This document shows, one piece after another, positions 10,177 through 19,603 of a stretch of 64,000 nt of DNA (positions within the stretch are counted from its first letter, which is position 1; every line of letters begins with the position of its first letter). The notes below the pieces were generated by a model. The model made no database searches and was not told the origin of the DNA. It saw only the letters and a program-made list of their open reading frames with translations. This stretch comes from Dehalococcoidia bacterium (lineage in GTDB: Bacteria > Chloroflexota > Dehalococcoidia > Lucifugimonadales > CAUZJF01), in NCBI GenBank assembly GCA_965197985.1, contig CBDAOG010000005.1, forward strand, positions 531,404-595,403, written 5' to 3'. The position numbers and the translations under genes are program-made.

Positions 10177-11411
10177 GTGGTCCAACATCATTGAAATGAA
10201 TACCATGATAGTCATTGTTCCTCTTGGGGGTTCAATCGTAACGTTGAACCGAGGAGGAACCATGATGTCTACCAAGAGGTACCGTATCAGACTGACTACC
10301 GACGAACAACAGGAACTCAACGCCTTGGTCTCACGCGGTCGGGCTGCGGCGTACAAACAGACCCATGCGCGCATTCTGCTGATGAGCGATGAGTCACGCT
10401 CGGACGGGGGAATGAAGGACGCGGACATCACCAGCGCGCTCGGTGTGGGACAGTCAACGGTCGAGCGAATACGCAAGCGCTGTGTAGAGGAGGGGGTCGA
10501 GTCTGCGCTGAATCGCAAAAAGCAACTGCGTCGGCGTCAAAAGAGACTGGACGGCGAAGGTGAAGCACGGTTGATAGCGATGGCCTGCGGGGAACCGCCG
10601 GAGGGGCGTGCCAGTTGGACCCTGAAGCTGTTGGCTGACCAGTTGGTCGAGTGTGAGATAGTCGAGACCATCAGCACCGAGACGGTTCGCCAGGCGCTTA
10701 AAAAAACGAACTGAAGCCGTGGCTGAAGCAGAGTTGGTGCATCCCGCCCGGTCAGAGCGCGGAGTTTGTGTGCGCGATGGAAGACGTACTGGAGGTCTAC
10801 CAACGGCCGTACGATGGGAATGAGGTTCTGGTGTGCATGGATGAGACGAGCAAACAGCAAGTCAAGGAGACGCGAGTGCCGCGTCCCGCAGCGCCCGGCT
10901 TATCGGCGGCATACGACTACGAATACGAGCGCAATGGAGTGAGCAGCCTGTTCATGCTGTTTGCACCGTTGGACGGATGGCGCCGAGTCGAGGTCAGAGA
11001 GCGTCGCACGAAGGTGGACTGGGCGCATGTGATAAAGAAACTGGTCGACGAGGACTACCCCGACAGAGACCGGATCGTGCTGGTAATGGACAATCTCAAC
11101 ACTCACAAGCTGTCCTCGCTATACGAGGCATTCGAGCCTGCTGAGGCGAGGCGTATAGCTGAGCGACTGGAGATACACTACACTCCCAAACACGGGAGTT
11201 GGCTGAATATGGCGGAGATAGAGATCGGTGTGCTGGCTCGACAGTGCCTGGACCGACGGATTGCCAATCAAGACATCCTGCGCGGCGAGGTCAATGCTTG
11301 GCAGAATCAACGCAACCGGGATGTGATACGAGTGGATTGGCGCTTCACTACCGAGGATGCGCGCATCAAACTAAAGTCACTCTACCCATCAATACAAAAA
11401 AGTTGAACCAC
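10177..11411 (+). mobile_element. IS630-family insertion sequence (IS630-B), 1235 bp, unrelated in sequence to IS630-A
   Basis: The ends are GTGGTCCAAC... at 10177 and ...GTTGAACCAC ending at 11411. Both are flanked by TA (10175-10176 and 11412-11413). Confidence 0.8.
10262..11406 (+). CDS. IS630-family transposase in two overlapping frames, joined by a -1 shift at an A7 run
   Basis: orfA (ATG 10262 after GAGGAGG) ends ...RQALKKTN*. The -1 frame continues KNELKPWLKQSWCIPP... through the DDE region (VCMDETSKQQ, VMDNLNTHK, TPKHGSWLNMAEIE). The slippery CTT AAA AAA A lies at 10697-10706. Confidence 0.8.
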
Positions 11412-11686
11412 TAGCTATGAAGTCAAATCGGGCCCATCTGTACTCGAGATCGGAAGCGTCCGCGCTGGCGTCCATTGAGGGACAACAGGCGCCTGCTGCG
11501 GCCTCGCATTTCCTTGTCACCAGAATAGCTGTCCACCGGACCGCCATCTTGTCTCCTTCGATCTGAACCGGCTCAGCTGAAGAGCCTGATTGAACGACGT
11601 TCGTTCAGACTGTTTTCAGACGCGGTTCAGGCTGCGTTCAAGTGTCAGCTCTGCAAGCTCACCTAGCCTCAGGTAAGGAGGGTGAA

Positions 11687-12243
11687 ATGCGTTATCGATT
11701 TCTCAATCGGAATCCTGACAGCATTCGTGCGATAGCCGCCGTGATAGTGATTCTCGCGGCGATGGGTGTGGGCTTCGTGTCGATTCGCGTCTGCGACACC
11801 GTGGAAGCTGCCACGCAAAGGCAAGGCCTCGTAGTCCCCACTGAGGCGGCTGGGCCATTGGGACTTCAGGGCGACCCGCTGGTCCGGTCGAGGTTCGTCA
11901 CGATCAACCGTGCAGTCTTTGGCAGGCTCGATGAGTCCGACGAGAGCGCGGCAGCCGGTAGCTCACCTATACCGCTCAATCTGTTTGGCGGCACCTACTT
12001 CAGTGCCGTAGTGAATAGATCCAAGCCGGGCTCATTCGGCGGACTGGTGCTCTCGGGACACGTCGCCGGAGTCCCGGTAGCCTTGTAACTCTGGTAGTGA
12101 AGGACGACGTTCTTACTGCACGCATCAGGGCCAGAGGAGAGTCGTATCAGGTCCGCTACGCGGGCAAAGGCGTTCACGCCATCTATCAGATCGACGAACA
12201 CAAGGTCAGCCATGTCCACGCAGACGTCGACGTCGAGCCCTAG
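11687..12243 (+). pseudogene. N-terminal fragment of a membrane-anchored or secreted protein (resembles metalloprotease-type pro-regions); frameshifted and truncated
   Basis: ATG 11687 follows AAGGAGG. A TM segment (AIAAVIVILAAMGVGFV) is present. The frame breaks at ~12085 and continues in another frame as VTLVVKDDVLTARIRARGESYQVRYAGKGVHAIYQIDEHK... to TAG 12241-12243. No catalytic domain follows. Confidence 0.3.
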
Positions 12244-12831
12244 GCAGTCGACTCAGACCCGGCGATAAAAAAGCGGCCTCTTCGGATTGAATCGTCTTAG
12301 ATACGGTCTGCTATCTGACGGTCGACAGTACCCAACTTCCGCCGCTACCTACCAGAACTTCCACCACGGCTTCGCGTCTTTTACTTCTTGAGCCATCCCC
12401 AATATCTCGTCGGGGCCCATCTCCGTTTCATGTGTTTCCTTCATATGGCCCTGGACCGACTCGACCATCATCCGAATCTGCCCTTGTCTCCATCCCTCCA
12501 GATTTGTGGCATACGAACACTTTGGCCATATCGACACCCTCGGTGATGTCGTAGTCTGCTGTGGCCAGCTATTCAGACCCGCGCGATGCCATCGTATAGC
12601 GTAGGTAAGCCTGGGGGGCAACACACACCCTTGCCTGGTACCAAATGCCCAGTGTCTTCAGGCGCTGGAGTCTCCGAATCGTTCAGGCCGCTACACAGGC
12701 AGGTTCCTGTGGGCGCACTCGTCAAGGATATGTGCTGGCGCACTGGAGAGCCCGGCAGGGGAAACGTAAAGTTGAGGCAAGCCGAACTGACGTGGTCCGT
12801 TCATTTCCGAACGAGGAGCAAGAAGCCACAG

Positions 12832-13070
12832 TGATCGATGAGTTCAGTATCTCACGTCCCTCCGAAACAGAGCTTCAAGCGATAACGCGAGAGGTCCAAT
12901 ACCTCGACGAGCTCACCTCGGAACAGTCGCTCCGTCTGACTGCTCAAGGAACGTTGAAGTACTTTCCGGGCCAAAGCATCGTCGTAAGTGAAGGATCGCT
13001 GATGGTCGAAGTCCTTCTTACGGTGCGCGGCACCATTGCAGTCGGGGTCACGTCCCGTCAAGTGGTGTAA
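12832..13070 (+). pseudogene. fragment resembling the N-terminal part of a cyclic-nucleotide-binding domain, cut off next to IS256-A
   Basis: Tail of ORF 12645..13070: ELQAITREVQYLDELTSEQSLRLTAQGTLKYFPGQSIVVSEGSLMVEVLLTVRGTIAV. This fits the cNMP-binding beta-roll pattern and then stops abruptly beside the IS256 end. Confidence 0.3.
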
Positions 13071-14350
13071 GAGTGCGTCATCCTGTTGATGTTGTTTAGG
13101 CGGCTGTCGCCTCCGCGAGATCGGCCTCTGGAAGAGCTTCGTTGAAGGTCAGCACGACAGGTGTGATGTATCGACGGCCAACGGCCCATTCGTCGTGCTG
13201 CTCAGCCAGGACGGCGCCAACGAGGCGGCGCACGGCCGGCCGGTTAGGGAAGATGCCCACCACATCGGTGCGTCGCCGGATCTCCTTGTTGAGACGCTCC
13301 TGTGGGTTGTTGGACCAGATCTTCTTCCAGTGGGCGAGTGGGAAGTTGGAGAAGGCCAGGACGTCGGGTCCGGCCTCGTCCAGTAGAGAGGCGACCTGAG
13401 GGAACCGGTTCTGGAGTTGATCGGTCACCCTGTCGAGCTGGGCGTGTACCTCATCGGGGGAGGGTTGTTGGTAGATGGTGCGCACCATGGTGGCTACCCA
13501 TGGCTGGGCGCGCCTAGGGACCCGAGTGAGCAGGTTGGTCATGAAGTGGGTGCGGCACCGTTGCCAGCTGGCTCCGCCGAAGACTGCGGCGATGGCGCCT
13601 CGGAGTCCCTGATGAGCGTCCGATACCACCAGTTCCACCCCGCCGAGGCCCCTGGCGGACAGCGAGCGTAGGAAGGCCAGCCAGAAGGCGCCGTCTTCAC
13701 TCGTACCCACGTCCATCCCGATGATCTCCCGCTTGCCCTCGCCATTGACCGCCGTCGCCACCACCACGCTGACGTTGACGATCCTGCCGGCCTCCCTGAC
13801 CTTCTGGGTCAGTGCGTCCAGCCACAGGTAGGGGTAGGGTCCACCGTCCAGCGGACGGCCCATGAAACCATCCACCACCACGTCCAGTTCCTGACAGATG
13901 CGCGACACCTGGCTCTTGGAGATACCCTCACACCCCAGGGCCTTGACCAGATCGTCCACCCGCCTTGTGGATACACCTTCCACGTAGGCCTGCTGGATCA
14001 CAGCCAGCAGAGCTCGCTCGCTGCGACGCCGTGGCTCCAGCAGGCTCGGGAAGTAGCTCCCTTCTCTGAGCTTTGGGATGTGCAGATCCATAGTCCCCAC
14101 CCGGGTATCCCACGCCCGGGACCGATACCCGTTGCGCTGGGTCACCCGCTCAGCGCTGCGTTCTCCATACTCAGCACCGATCCTCGATGACACCTCCGCA
14201 TCCATGATCCCCTCTACCAGCACTCTCAGTGCCTCCCGTAGGAAGTCCACGTCACCGTCCATTCCCCCCTTGCGCAATAGCTCCAGCAGGTCCATCCTTT
14301 CCTTGACCACTGTTCTCCTCCTTTCTCGAGCTTTCTTCTTTGCCCGCTAA
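13071..14350 (-). mobile_element. IS256-family element (IS256-A); its transposase-proximal end appears truncated by IS1380-A copy 1
   Basis: It contains the 404-aa IS256 transposase. Only 40 bp separate the start codon (14310) from the IS1380-A end (14351). I could not find matching terminal repeats, so the low-coordinate boundary is approximate. Confidence 0.6.
13096..14310 (-). CDS. IS256-family transposase
   Basis: 404 aa. Motifs are RNGYRSRAWDTRVGTMDLHIPKLREGSYFPSLLEPRRRSERAL, WLDALTQKVRE, VVSDAHQGL and RCRTHFMTNLL (MULE/IS256 DDE pattern). Confidence 0.9.
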   Translation of the reverse strand: MVKERMDLLELLRKGGMDGDVDFLREALRVLVEGIMDAEVSSRIGAEYGERSAERVTQRNGYRSRAWDTRVGTMDLHIPKLREGSYFPSLLEPRRRSERALLAVIQQAYVEGVSTRRVDDLVKALGCEGISKSQVSRICQELDVVVDGFMGRPLDGGPYPYLWLDALTQKVREAGRIVNVSVVVATAVNGEGKREIIGMDVGTSEDGAFWLAFLRSLSARGLGGVELVVSDAHQGLRGAIAAVFGGASWQRCRTHFMTNLLTRVPRRAQPWVATMVRTIYQQPSPDEVHAQLDRVTDQLQNRFPQVASLLDEAGPDVLAFSNFPLAHWKKIWSNNPQERLNKEIRRRTDVVGIFPNRPAVRRLVGAVLAEQHDEWAVGRRYITPVVLTFNEALPEADLAEATAA

Positions 14351-16062
14351 GCCCGAATCCACCGAGGGAGGGCGTCGGGTTAGCATCCTGAAGAGGCCAG
14401 AGGGTGCTCTTCTGAATCTGGGATAATGGTTTTGTAACAGCAAAACAGTCCCAGAGAAGGAGCACCCAATAGATGCTACCACGCAACCAGCCCGACCGTA
14501 TCCGTATCGTCTTTGACGATCACCGCCTGGTGGCCAATGCCGGTCTGCTCCTGCCGGCCACCCTCGCCCGGCATCTGGGCCTGCGGGAACTCGTTGACCA
14601 TCACCTTGACCTGGGCGGCGCGCCGGGGCGGGCCAACACCGGAGACAAGCTGATGACCCTGGTGGCCTCAGCCATGGCCGGCGGCGACTGCATCGACGAC
14701 GCTGATGTGTTGCGCACCGGGGGGACGGCCTGCACCCTGGGCGGCACGGTCAAGGCGCCATCCACCCTGGGCACCTTCCTGCGCAGCTTCCGGTGGGGCC
14801 ACGTCCGCCAGCTGGACCGGGTGAGCCGGGAGCTGCTGGCCCGGGCCTGGGCCGCTGGGGCCGGACCCGGCGACGCGCCGTTCACCATCGACCTCGATTC
14901 CACCATCTGCGAGACCTACGGACTGGCCAAGGAGGGCGCCCGCCACCACGGCTATACCGGCAAGCGGGGCTACCACCCACTGCTGGCCATCGCCGCCGGC
15001 ACCGGAGACGTGCTGATGTCCCGGCTGCGCGAGGGCCGGGCCAACACCGCCCGCGGCGCCGCCCACTTCCTGCGGGAGACGGTGGGACGGGTGCGCTACG
15101 CCGGGGCCAACGGACGACTCACGCTACGGGCCGACAGCGGGTTCTACACTCATGGCGTGGTATCCGTCTGCCGCAAGATGGATGTCCGCTTCTCCATCAC
15201 CATCCGCCAGCATAAAAGCCTGCACAATCTCATCGAGGCGATACCCGAAGATGCCTGGACGCCGATTCCTTACTGGATGGACGGCGCCGCCGATGTGGCC
15301 GAGACCACCTGCACTCCCTTCCAGAGTGAACCTGACGCCGCGCCGGTGCGGCTCATCGTCCGGCGTGTGAAGCCCACGCCCGGTTCCCAGCTGGCCCTCT
15401 TCGCCACCTACAGCTATCACGGCTTCATCACCGACCGGGACGGGGAGATGCTCGAACTGGAGGCCGACCATCGCCGCCACGCCGAGATCGAGAATGCCAT
15501 CCGAGACCTCAAGCACGGTGTGGGGTTGAACCATCTCCCCTCGGGCCGCTTCGCCGCCAACGCCGCCTGGCTGGCGGTACAGGTGATGGCCTACAACATC
15601 GCCCGCTGGACAGCGCGCATCGGTCTGGGCGAGCAGGTGGTGACCACCAAGACCCTCCGGCGGCGGTTCTTCTCCCTGGCCGGACGGATCACCCGCTCGG
15701 CGCGCCGCCTCACACTGCATCTGCCACAGCGCTGGCCTTGGGAAGCCCAGTTCGATCGTGCCCTGGCCCGATTGCGCGCCCTGCCACTCCCTGCCTGACG
15801 GCGGCGGCGGCAACCGGCCGCCATCCGGCCAACCGAACGTCCCCGCGAACTCGCGCCAGTCCGGTCTGCGAGTGCCTCTTGCTGTGTCCTCTCCCCGCTA
15901 TCTCGCCCTGACCAACATTCGCAGACGGTCACAAAGTCTCCCCGCGGCAACTGAAGACAAACACCGGCCCCCCTCTACCCCAAATCGTGCCCGGACCATC
16001 GCCCTCCCTTGCCCCTATCGCCCGTTCCGCTGCTGCATAGTCATCCCTTCGGTGGACTTGGG
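14351..16062 (+). mobile_element. IS1380-family element IS1380-A, copy 1 (1712 bp)
   Basis: The ends are GCCCGAATCCACCGAGGGA... and ...TCCCTTCGGTGGACTTGGG. The layout is a 122-bp leader, the transposase, then a 264-bp non-coding tail. The flanking tetranucleotides differ: CTAA (14347-14350) versus CTTA (16063-16066). Confidence 0.9.
14473..15798 (+). CDS. IS1380-family DDE transposase
   Basis: 441 aa with motifs IDLDSTICETYG, HGYTGKRGYHPLL, LRADSGFY and HAEIENAIRDLKHGVGLNHLPSGRFAANAAWL. It differs from copies 3 and 4 by one residue (MAYNIARW versus MAHNIARW). Confidence 0.9.
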   Translation: MLPRNQPDRIRIVFDDHRLVANAGLLLPATLARHLGLRELVDHHLDLGGAPGRANTGDKLMTLVASAMAGGDCIDDADVLRTGGTACTLGGTVKAPSTLGTFLRSFRWGHVRQLDRVSRELLARAWAAGAGPGDAPFTIDLDSTICETYGLAKEGARHHGYTGKRGYHPLLAIAAGTGDVLMSRLREGRANTARGAAHFLRETVGRVRYAGANGRLTLRADSGFYTHGVVSVCRKMDVRFSITIRQHKSLHNLIEAIPEDAWTPIPYWMDGAADVAETTCTPFQSEPDAAPVRLIVRRVKPTPGSQLALFATYSYHGFITDRDGEMLELEADHRRHAEIENAIRDLKHGVGLNHLPSGRFAANAAWLAVQVMAYNIARWTARIGLGEQVVTTKTLRRRFFSLAGRITRSARRLTLHLPQRWPWEAQFDRALARLRALPLPA

Positions 16063-16974
16063 CTTAGAATGCCAAGAGTAGGTATCGTTCGTTAGGCTCC
16101 GTTGACTCTATCCAACCCCCACCTTCTTTTGGAGGTCGAAATGAAGAAAACGCGAAGGTCAATCTTCTTTCTCGTCGCGGCCCTTCTCCTAGCCGCCGTT
16201 GGGCTCTCCGCGGGTCCGCCGGCCGGAGCTGGTCCCCCACCTGGGACGCCAGGCCTGGAAAAGGCGAAAGAGGTTGCTAACGAACATGCTACTGAGCTCC
16301 TGGACCACCTGGGCATCGCCGGAGTCGGCGCGGGCTTGACCGAGAGCGGAGACCCAGCGGTTGTCGTCTTGACAGAGTCCGAAGGCGTGGACGTCCCTGC
16401 CACACTGGGCGGCCTCCCGGTCGTCGTGGTCGTGACAGGCAAGATCCGTGCCCTCGCACCGCCCTCGGCGCAGGCGTCATTTACCTATGTCTGCTCCGGG
16501 CTGATTTGCGATTTCGACGGATCGAGCTCGAGGGGCAGGAGGCTCAGCTACGGTTGGGACTTTGGAGATGGCAACAACGGCACGGGCCAGACTGTCAGTC
16601 ACACATTCGCGGAGGCTAACAGCTACCCGGTCTCGCTAACCGTAACCGACAAGGACGGCGTGACAGACTCCACCAATCAGGATGTCACTGTCACTGAAGG
16701 CGGCGACCCGCCACCGCCACCACCGCCACCATCCGGTGACCCTGATTGCGCCGTCACAGGCCAGACGACTGTTAAATGCCAATGGCCGGTCCCCCTCGCC
16801 GTTTCGATTGGTCAGGAGGACATCACCGCTGGCACCCTGGGATTGCGGGTTACCAACGGGACTGACGTGCTGATTCTGAGTAACAACCACGTCCTGGCGA
16901 ATGAAAACAACGCGACGATCGGTGATCCAATCCTTCAGCCAGGGCCTTTTGACGGTGGCGACGTGAACAACCCT

Positions 16975-17135
16975 GATTCCCTCGTAAAAACCCGTTTTGA
17001 GGAAGTTCCAGCGCTTTAGCACATGTGAGCGCTACCGTATGTTGGGGTAGGACACGGAACAGAGACTGTATATTGTACCCAGGCAAGGGTACGGTTGTTC
17101 TAATTCGACCTGCACAGACTTTTTACGAGAGAATC
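16975..17135 (-). mobile_element. 161-bp MITE, copy A (IS1182-type ends)
   Basis: The TIRs are GATTCCCTCGTAAAAA and TTTTTACGAGAGAATC. A 6-bp TSD AACCCT lies at 16969-16974 and 17136-17141. The copy is the exact reverse complement of copies B and C as far as I can read. Confidence 0.85.
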
Positions 17136-17296
17136 AACCCTGACCATATCGTGGGCACCCTGGACGACTTCGAGCCCATAGTCTTCTCCACCGCCGCCAG
17201 CAACATCATGGACGCCGCGGTCGCTGTCACTTCGGTAGCCAAGGTAGGCAACGCAACGCCCAACGATGGCTACGGTACACCGGCTACGATGACTAA

Positions 17297-18225
17297 GAAA
17301 CTATCTCAAAATCTGAACCACAAATGCATTGATCGGTTTCTAGGACGATTCGTATGGTTTCTCCAAAAGCATCGGGAGGGACCGCATGGGGAAACAAGAG
17401 ACGCTAGAGACCATCTGGGAAGTACCGGACGAGCTTTGGGAACGGATCGAACCTATCATCCTGGAGGAAGACCCGCCCAAAGCCCGGGGCCGCAAGCGCT
17501 CTGACCCACGACAGATGCTCAACGGCATCATCTTCCGGCTGCGCAGCGGGTGCCAATGGAACCGATTGCCGAAAGAGCTTGGGGACGACAGCACCATTCA
17601 TCGCACCTTTCAACGGTGGGTGGGGACGGGCGTCTTGCACCGAATGTGGGGAGCCCTGGTGGAGGGGTGCGAAGAGTTGGATGGCGTGGACTGGGAATGG
17701 CAGGCGGCAGACGGAGCCATGGGCAAGGCACGTTTTGGGGGGACCTGATTGGGCCCAACCCTACGGACCGTGGCAAGGCTGGTACCAAGCGCAGTCTCCT
17801 TGTGGATGGAGAGGGCGGCCCCTTGAGCATTGTGGTTGCGGGAGCAAACGTGCACGATGCCAAGCTGTTGGAGGCGACCCTGGACGCCATTGTGGTCGAA
17901 CGACCACAGCCCACCGAGGAGGAACCCCAACACCTGTGTCTGGACAAAGGGTATGACAATCCTTCAGGCCGTGGGGCTGCCGCCGGACACGGCTATAGGG
18001 AGCACATCCGACGCATCGGCGAGGAGAAGCTGGACGCCTCTGGCGACAAGCGGTATCCGGCGCGCCGGTGGGTTGTGGAACGGACGCTGGCATGGCTCTC
18101 CAAGTGCCGTGCGGTCCTGGTCCGGTACGACAAGAAGGCAGCGAACTACCTCGGTGTGTTACAGCTCGCATGTGCGCTCCTGTGGTTCCGGCGACAGTGG
18201 CGTCTGGCCATTTTGAGATAGTTAC
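17297..18225 (+). mobile_element. IS5-family element (IS427/IS1031-like), 929 bp (IS5-A)
   Basis: The TIRs are GAAACTATCTCAAAAT and ATTTTGAGATAGTTAC. A direct repeat TAA lies at 17294-17296 and 18226-18228; identity extends to CTAAG on both sides. Confidence 0.85.
17386..18221 (+). CDS. IS5-family transposase in two frames (orfA 17386..17748, orfB to 18221), joined by a -1 shift at TTTTGGGGGG
   Basis: orfA ends ...AMGKARFGGT*. The -1 frame reads (G)DLIGPNPTDRGKAGTKRSLLVDGEGGPL...LCLDKGYD...ARRWVVERTLAWLSKCRAVLVRYDKK, a DDE_Tnp_1-type sequence. The shift site is at 17733-17742. Confidence 0.8.
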
Positions 18226-18512
18226 TAAGGAGGCTTCGGTCGGTCTGAAGGTGACGAAGTACGGCCGTACCACCGGTCAGACCGATGGCAGGATTTACGC
18301 CATCGGTGCCACCCTTAACGTAGGCTACGACGGCGGAGTTGCGCGGTTCGTGGACCAGATCGTTGTCATTGGTGGAGGGTTCAGCCGACCAGGAGACTCT
18401 GGGTCTCTAGTCGTGGAGCGGAAGACCAACAAGCCAGTGGCGTTGTTGTTCGCCGGAAGCAATAACTCCACAATCCTGAGCCCCATCGACCCGATCCTAG
18501 CCCGGTTTGGGT

Positions 18513-19595
18513 CGAAACGCACGGTGTTGTCAGCCGCCACAGTCCGCTGGTACTTGAAGCAGAGGATGCCAGCGAGGTCCGTTCCCGCAGGGACGCACTG
18601 GTAGGCGGCACCCGGCTGGGCGGCGGGAACGCCGAACCGGGAGTTGAACCGTGGCAGGAAGTCCGCCAGTACAGCATTGGCCTCCTCTAGCGTGCTGGCT
18701 CCGGCCAGGCGCAGCTCCATCAGCAGCCGGTCCTGGAAGGTCCCCCAGAGTCGTTCGATGCGGCCCTTGGCTTGGGGCGAATGGGCGAGTACCAACCGGA
18801 CGCCCAGCTCATTGAGCGCACGGCCCACTTGCGTCTGGGGAGTCTGGCCCGTCAGCTGCTCCTCCAAGGTCTCATTCTGAGCACGGCTCACCGTGAAGGT
18901 GCTGTGGCGATCGCTGTAGAGGGTAAGGGGGATGCCCTTGCGTTGGATGACCCCTTGCAACAACTGCATGTAGCCGTATGAGTCTTCTTGTTCACGAAAG
19001 CATCCGTAGGGAACGGTGCCGGTGGCGTCGTCTATCCCGCCGATGAGCGTGAGCCAGGGACCGCGTCCTTGGAGCCAGTCGTGGCGGCTGCCGTCCACCT
19101 GGAGCATCATCCCCTCCTGAGGATAGCGTTCGCGCCGGCGACGGTGCTTGGGTGCTCGTCGGCGGCGCGGCGTCTTGATGCCCGCCTGTAGTAGCACCCG
19201 CCGCACGGTGGACCGGGACAGGAACAGGCCCTCGCGCTCGGCCATTAACTCACTCAGGTGCGTGTGGTTCGCACCATCGTACGGGCCGGCGGCAAGGGCA
19301 ACTACCCGCTCACGAACAGCCTCACTGACCGTATGCGGGGGCCGGCGGCCACGATTGCCGTGGGCGATGGCGACCACTCCCTCCCGCCGGTACGCCGCCA
19401 ACAACCGACGGACCTGGCGCACTGACAAACCCATCAGCTCACCCGCCTGGGCGGCCGTCAGTTCTCTACTCTCCACCCGATTCAAGACTATGATCCGCTG
19501 CTGCTCTTTCCTGTTCAATGTGATTGTCTCCATGGTGACATTTTCACTGAACAGTTAAGGGGTGTCACAATCACTGACCTATCACACCAACTGAA
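18513..19595 (-). mobile_element. ISNCY-like (HTH plus rve integrase-core) element with its 3' end missing
   Basis: Transposase similarity ends at ...KYQRTVAADNTVRF (~18514). That point abuts the protease coding sequence directly. The upstream boundary (~19595) is approximate. Confidence 0.55.
18514..19533 (-). pseudogene. ISNCY-like transposase, C-terminally truncated (~341 aa retained)
   Basis: The sequence reads METITLNRKEQQRIIVLNRVESRELTAAQAGELMGLSVRQVRRLLAAYRREGVVAIAHGNRGRRP...LQVDGSRHDWL...LYSDRHSTF...QAKGRIERLWGTFQDRL. The last 61 aa of ORF 18325..19533 are antisense read-through of the protease gene. Confidence 0.65.
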
Positions 19596-19603
19596 CTCGT
19601 ACC

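Larger units (their letters stand above)
16141..18512 (+). pseudogene. secreted PKD-domain plus S1-fold (GDSGS) serine protease, interrupted by MITE-A and IS5-A and truncated by an ISNCY-like element
   Basis: ATG 16141 follows GGAGG and opens a signal peptide (MKKTRRSIFFLVAALLLAAVGLSAG). A PKD domain (WDFGDGNNGTGQTVSHTF...LTVTDKDG) and a poly-Pro stretch follow. The His context is SNNHVLA, the Asp context MDAAVAV and the Ser context SRPGDSGSLV. Segments rejoin in frame once each insertion and one TSD copy are removed: ...DVNNP/DHIVGTLDDF... and ...PATMT/KEASVGLKVTKYGRTTG.... Confidence 0.75.

Noticed and set aside
15124-15813. The 229-aa, 177-aa, 140-aa, 132-aa and 101-aa ORFs repeated five times (for example 15124..15813, 40784..41473 and 44437..45126) as a conserved multi-copy gene set
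   Set aside because: They are antisense or off-frame shadows of the IS1380-A transposase and its tail. They recur only because the IS recurs, and their composition is low-complexity (P/G/R/A).
18325-18513. The C-terminal 61 residues of the ISNCY-like transposase ORF
   Set aside because: They are antisense read-through of the protease coding sequence (…KPVALLFAGSNNSTILSPIDPILARFG on the plus strand), not transposase sequence.
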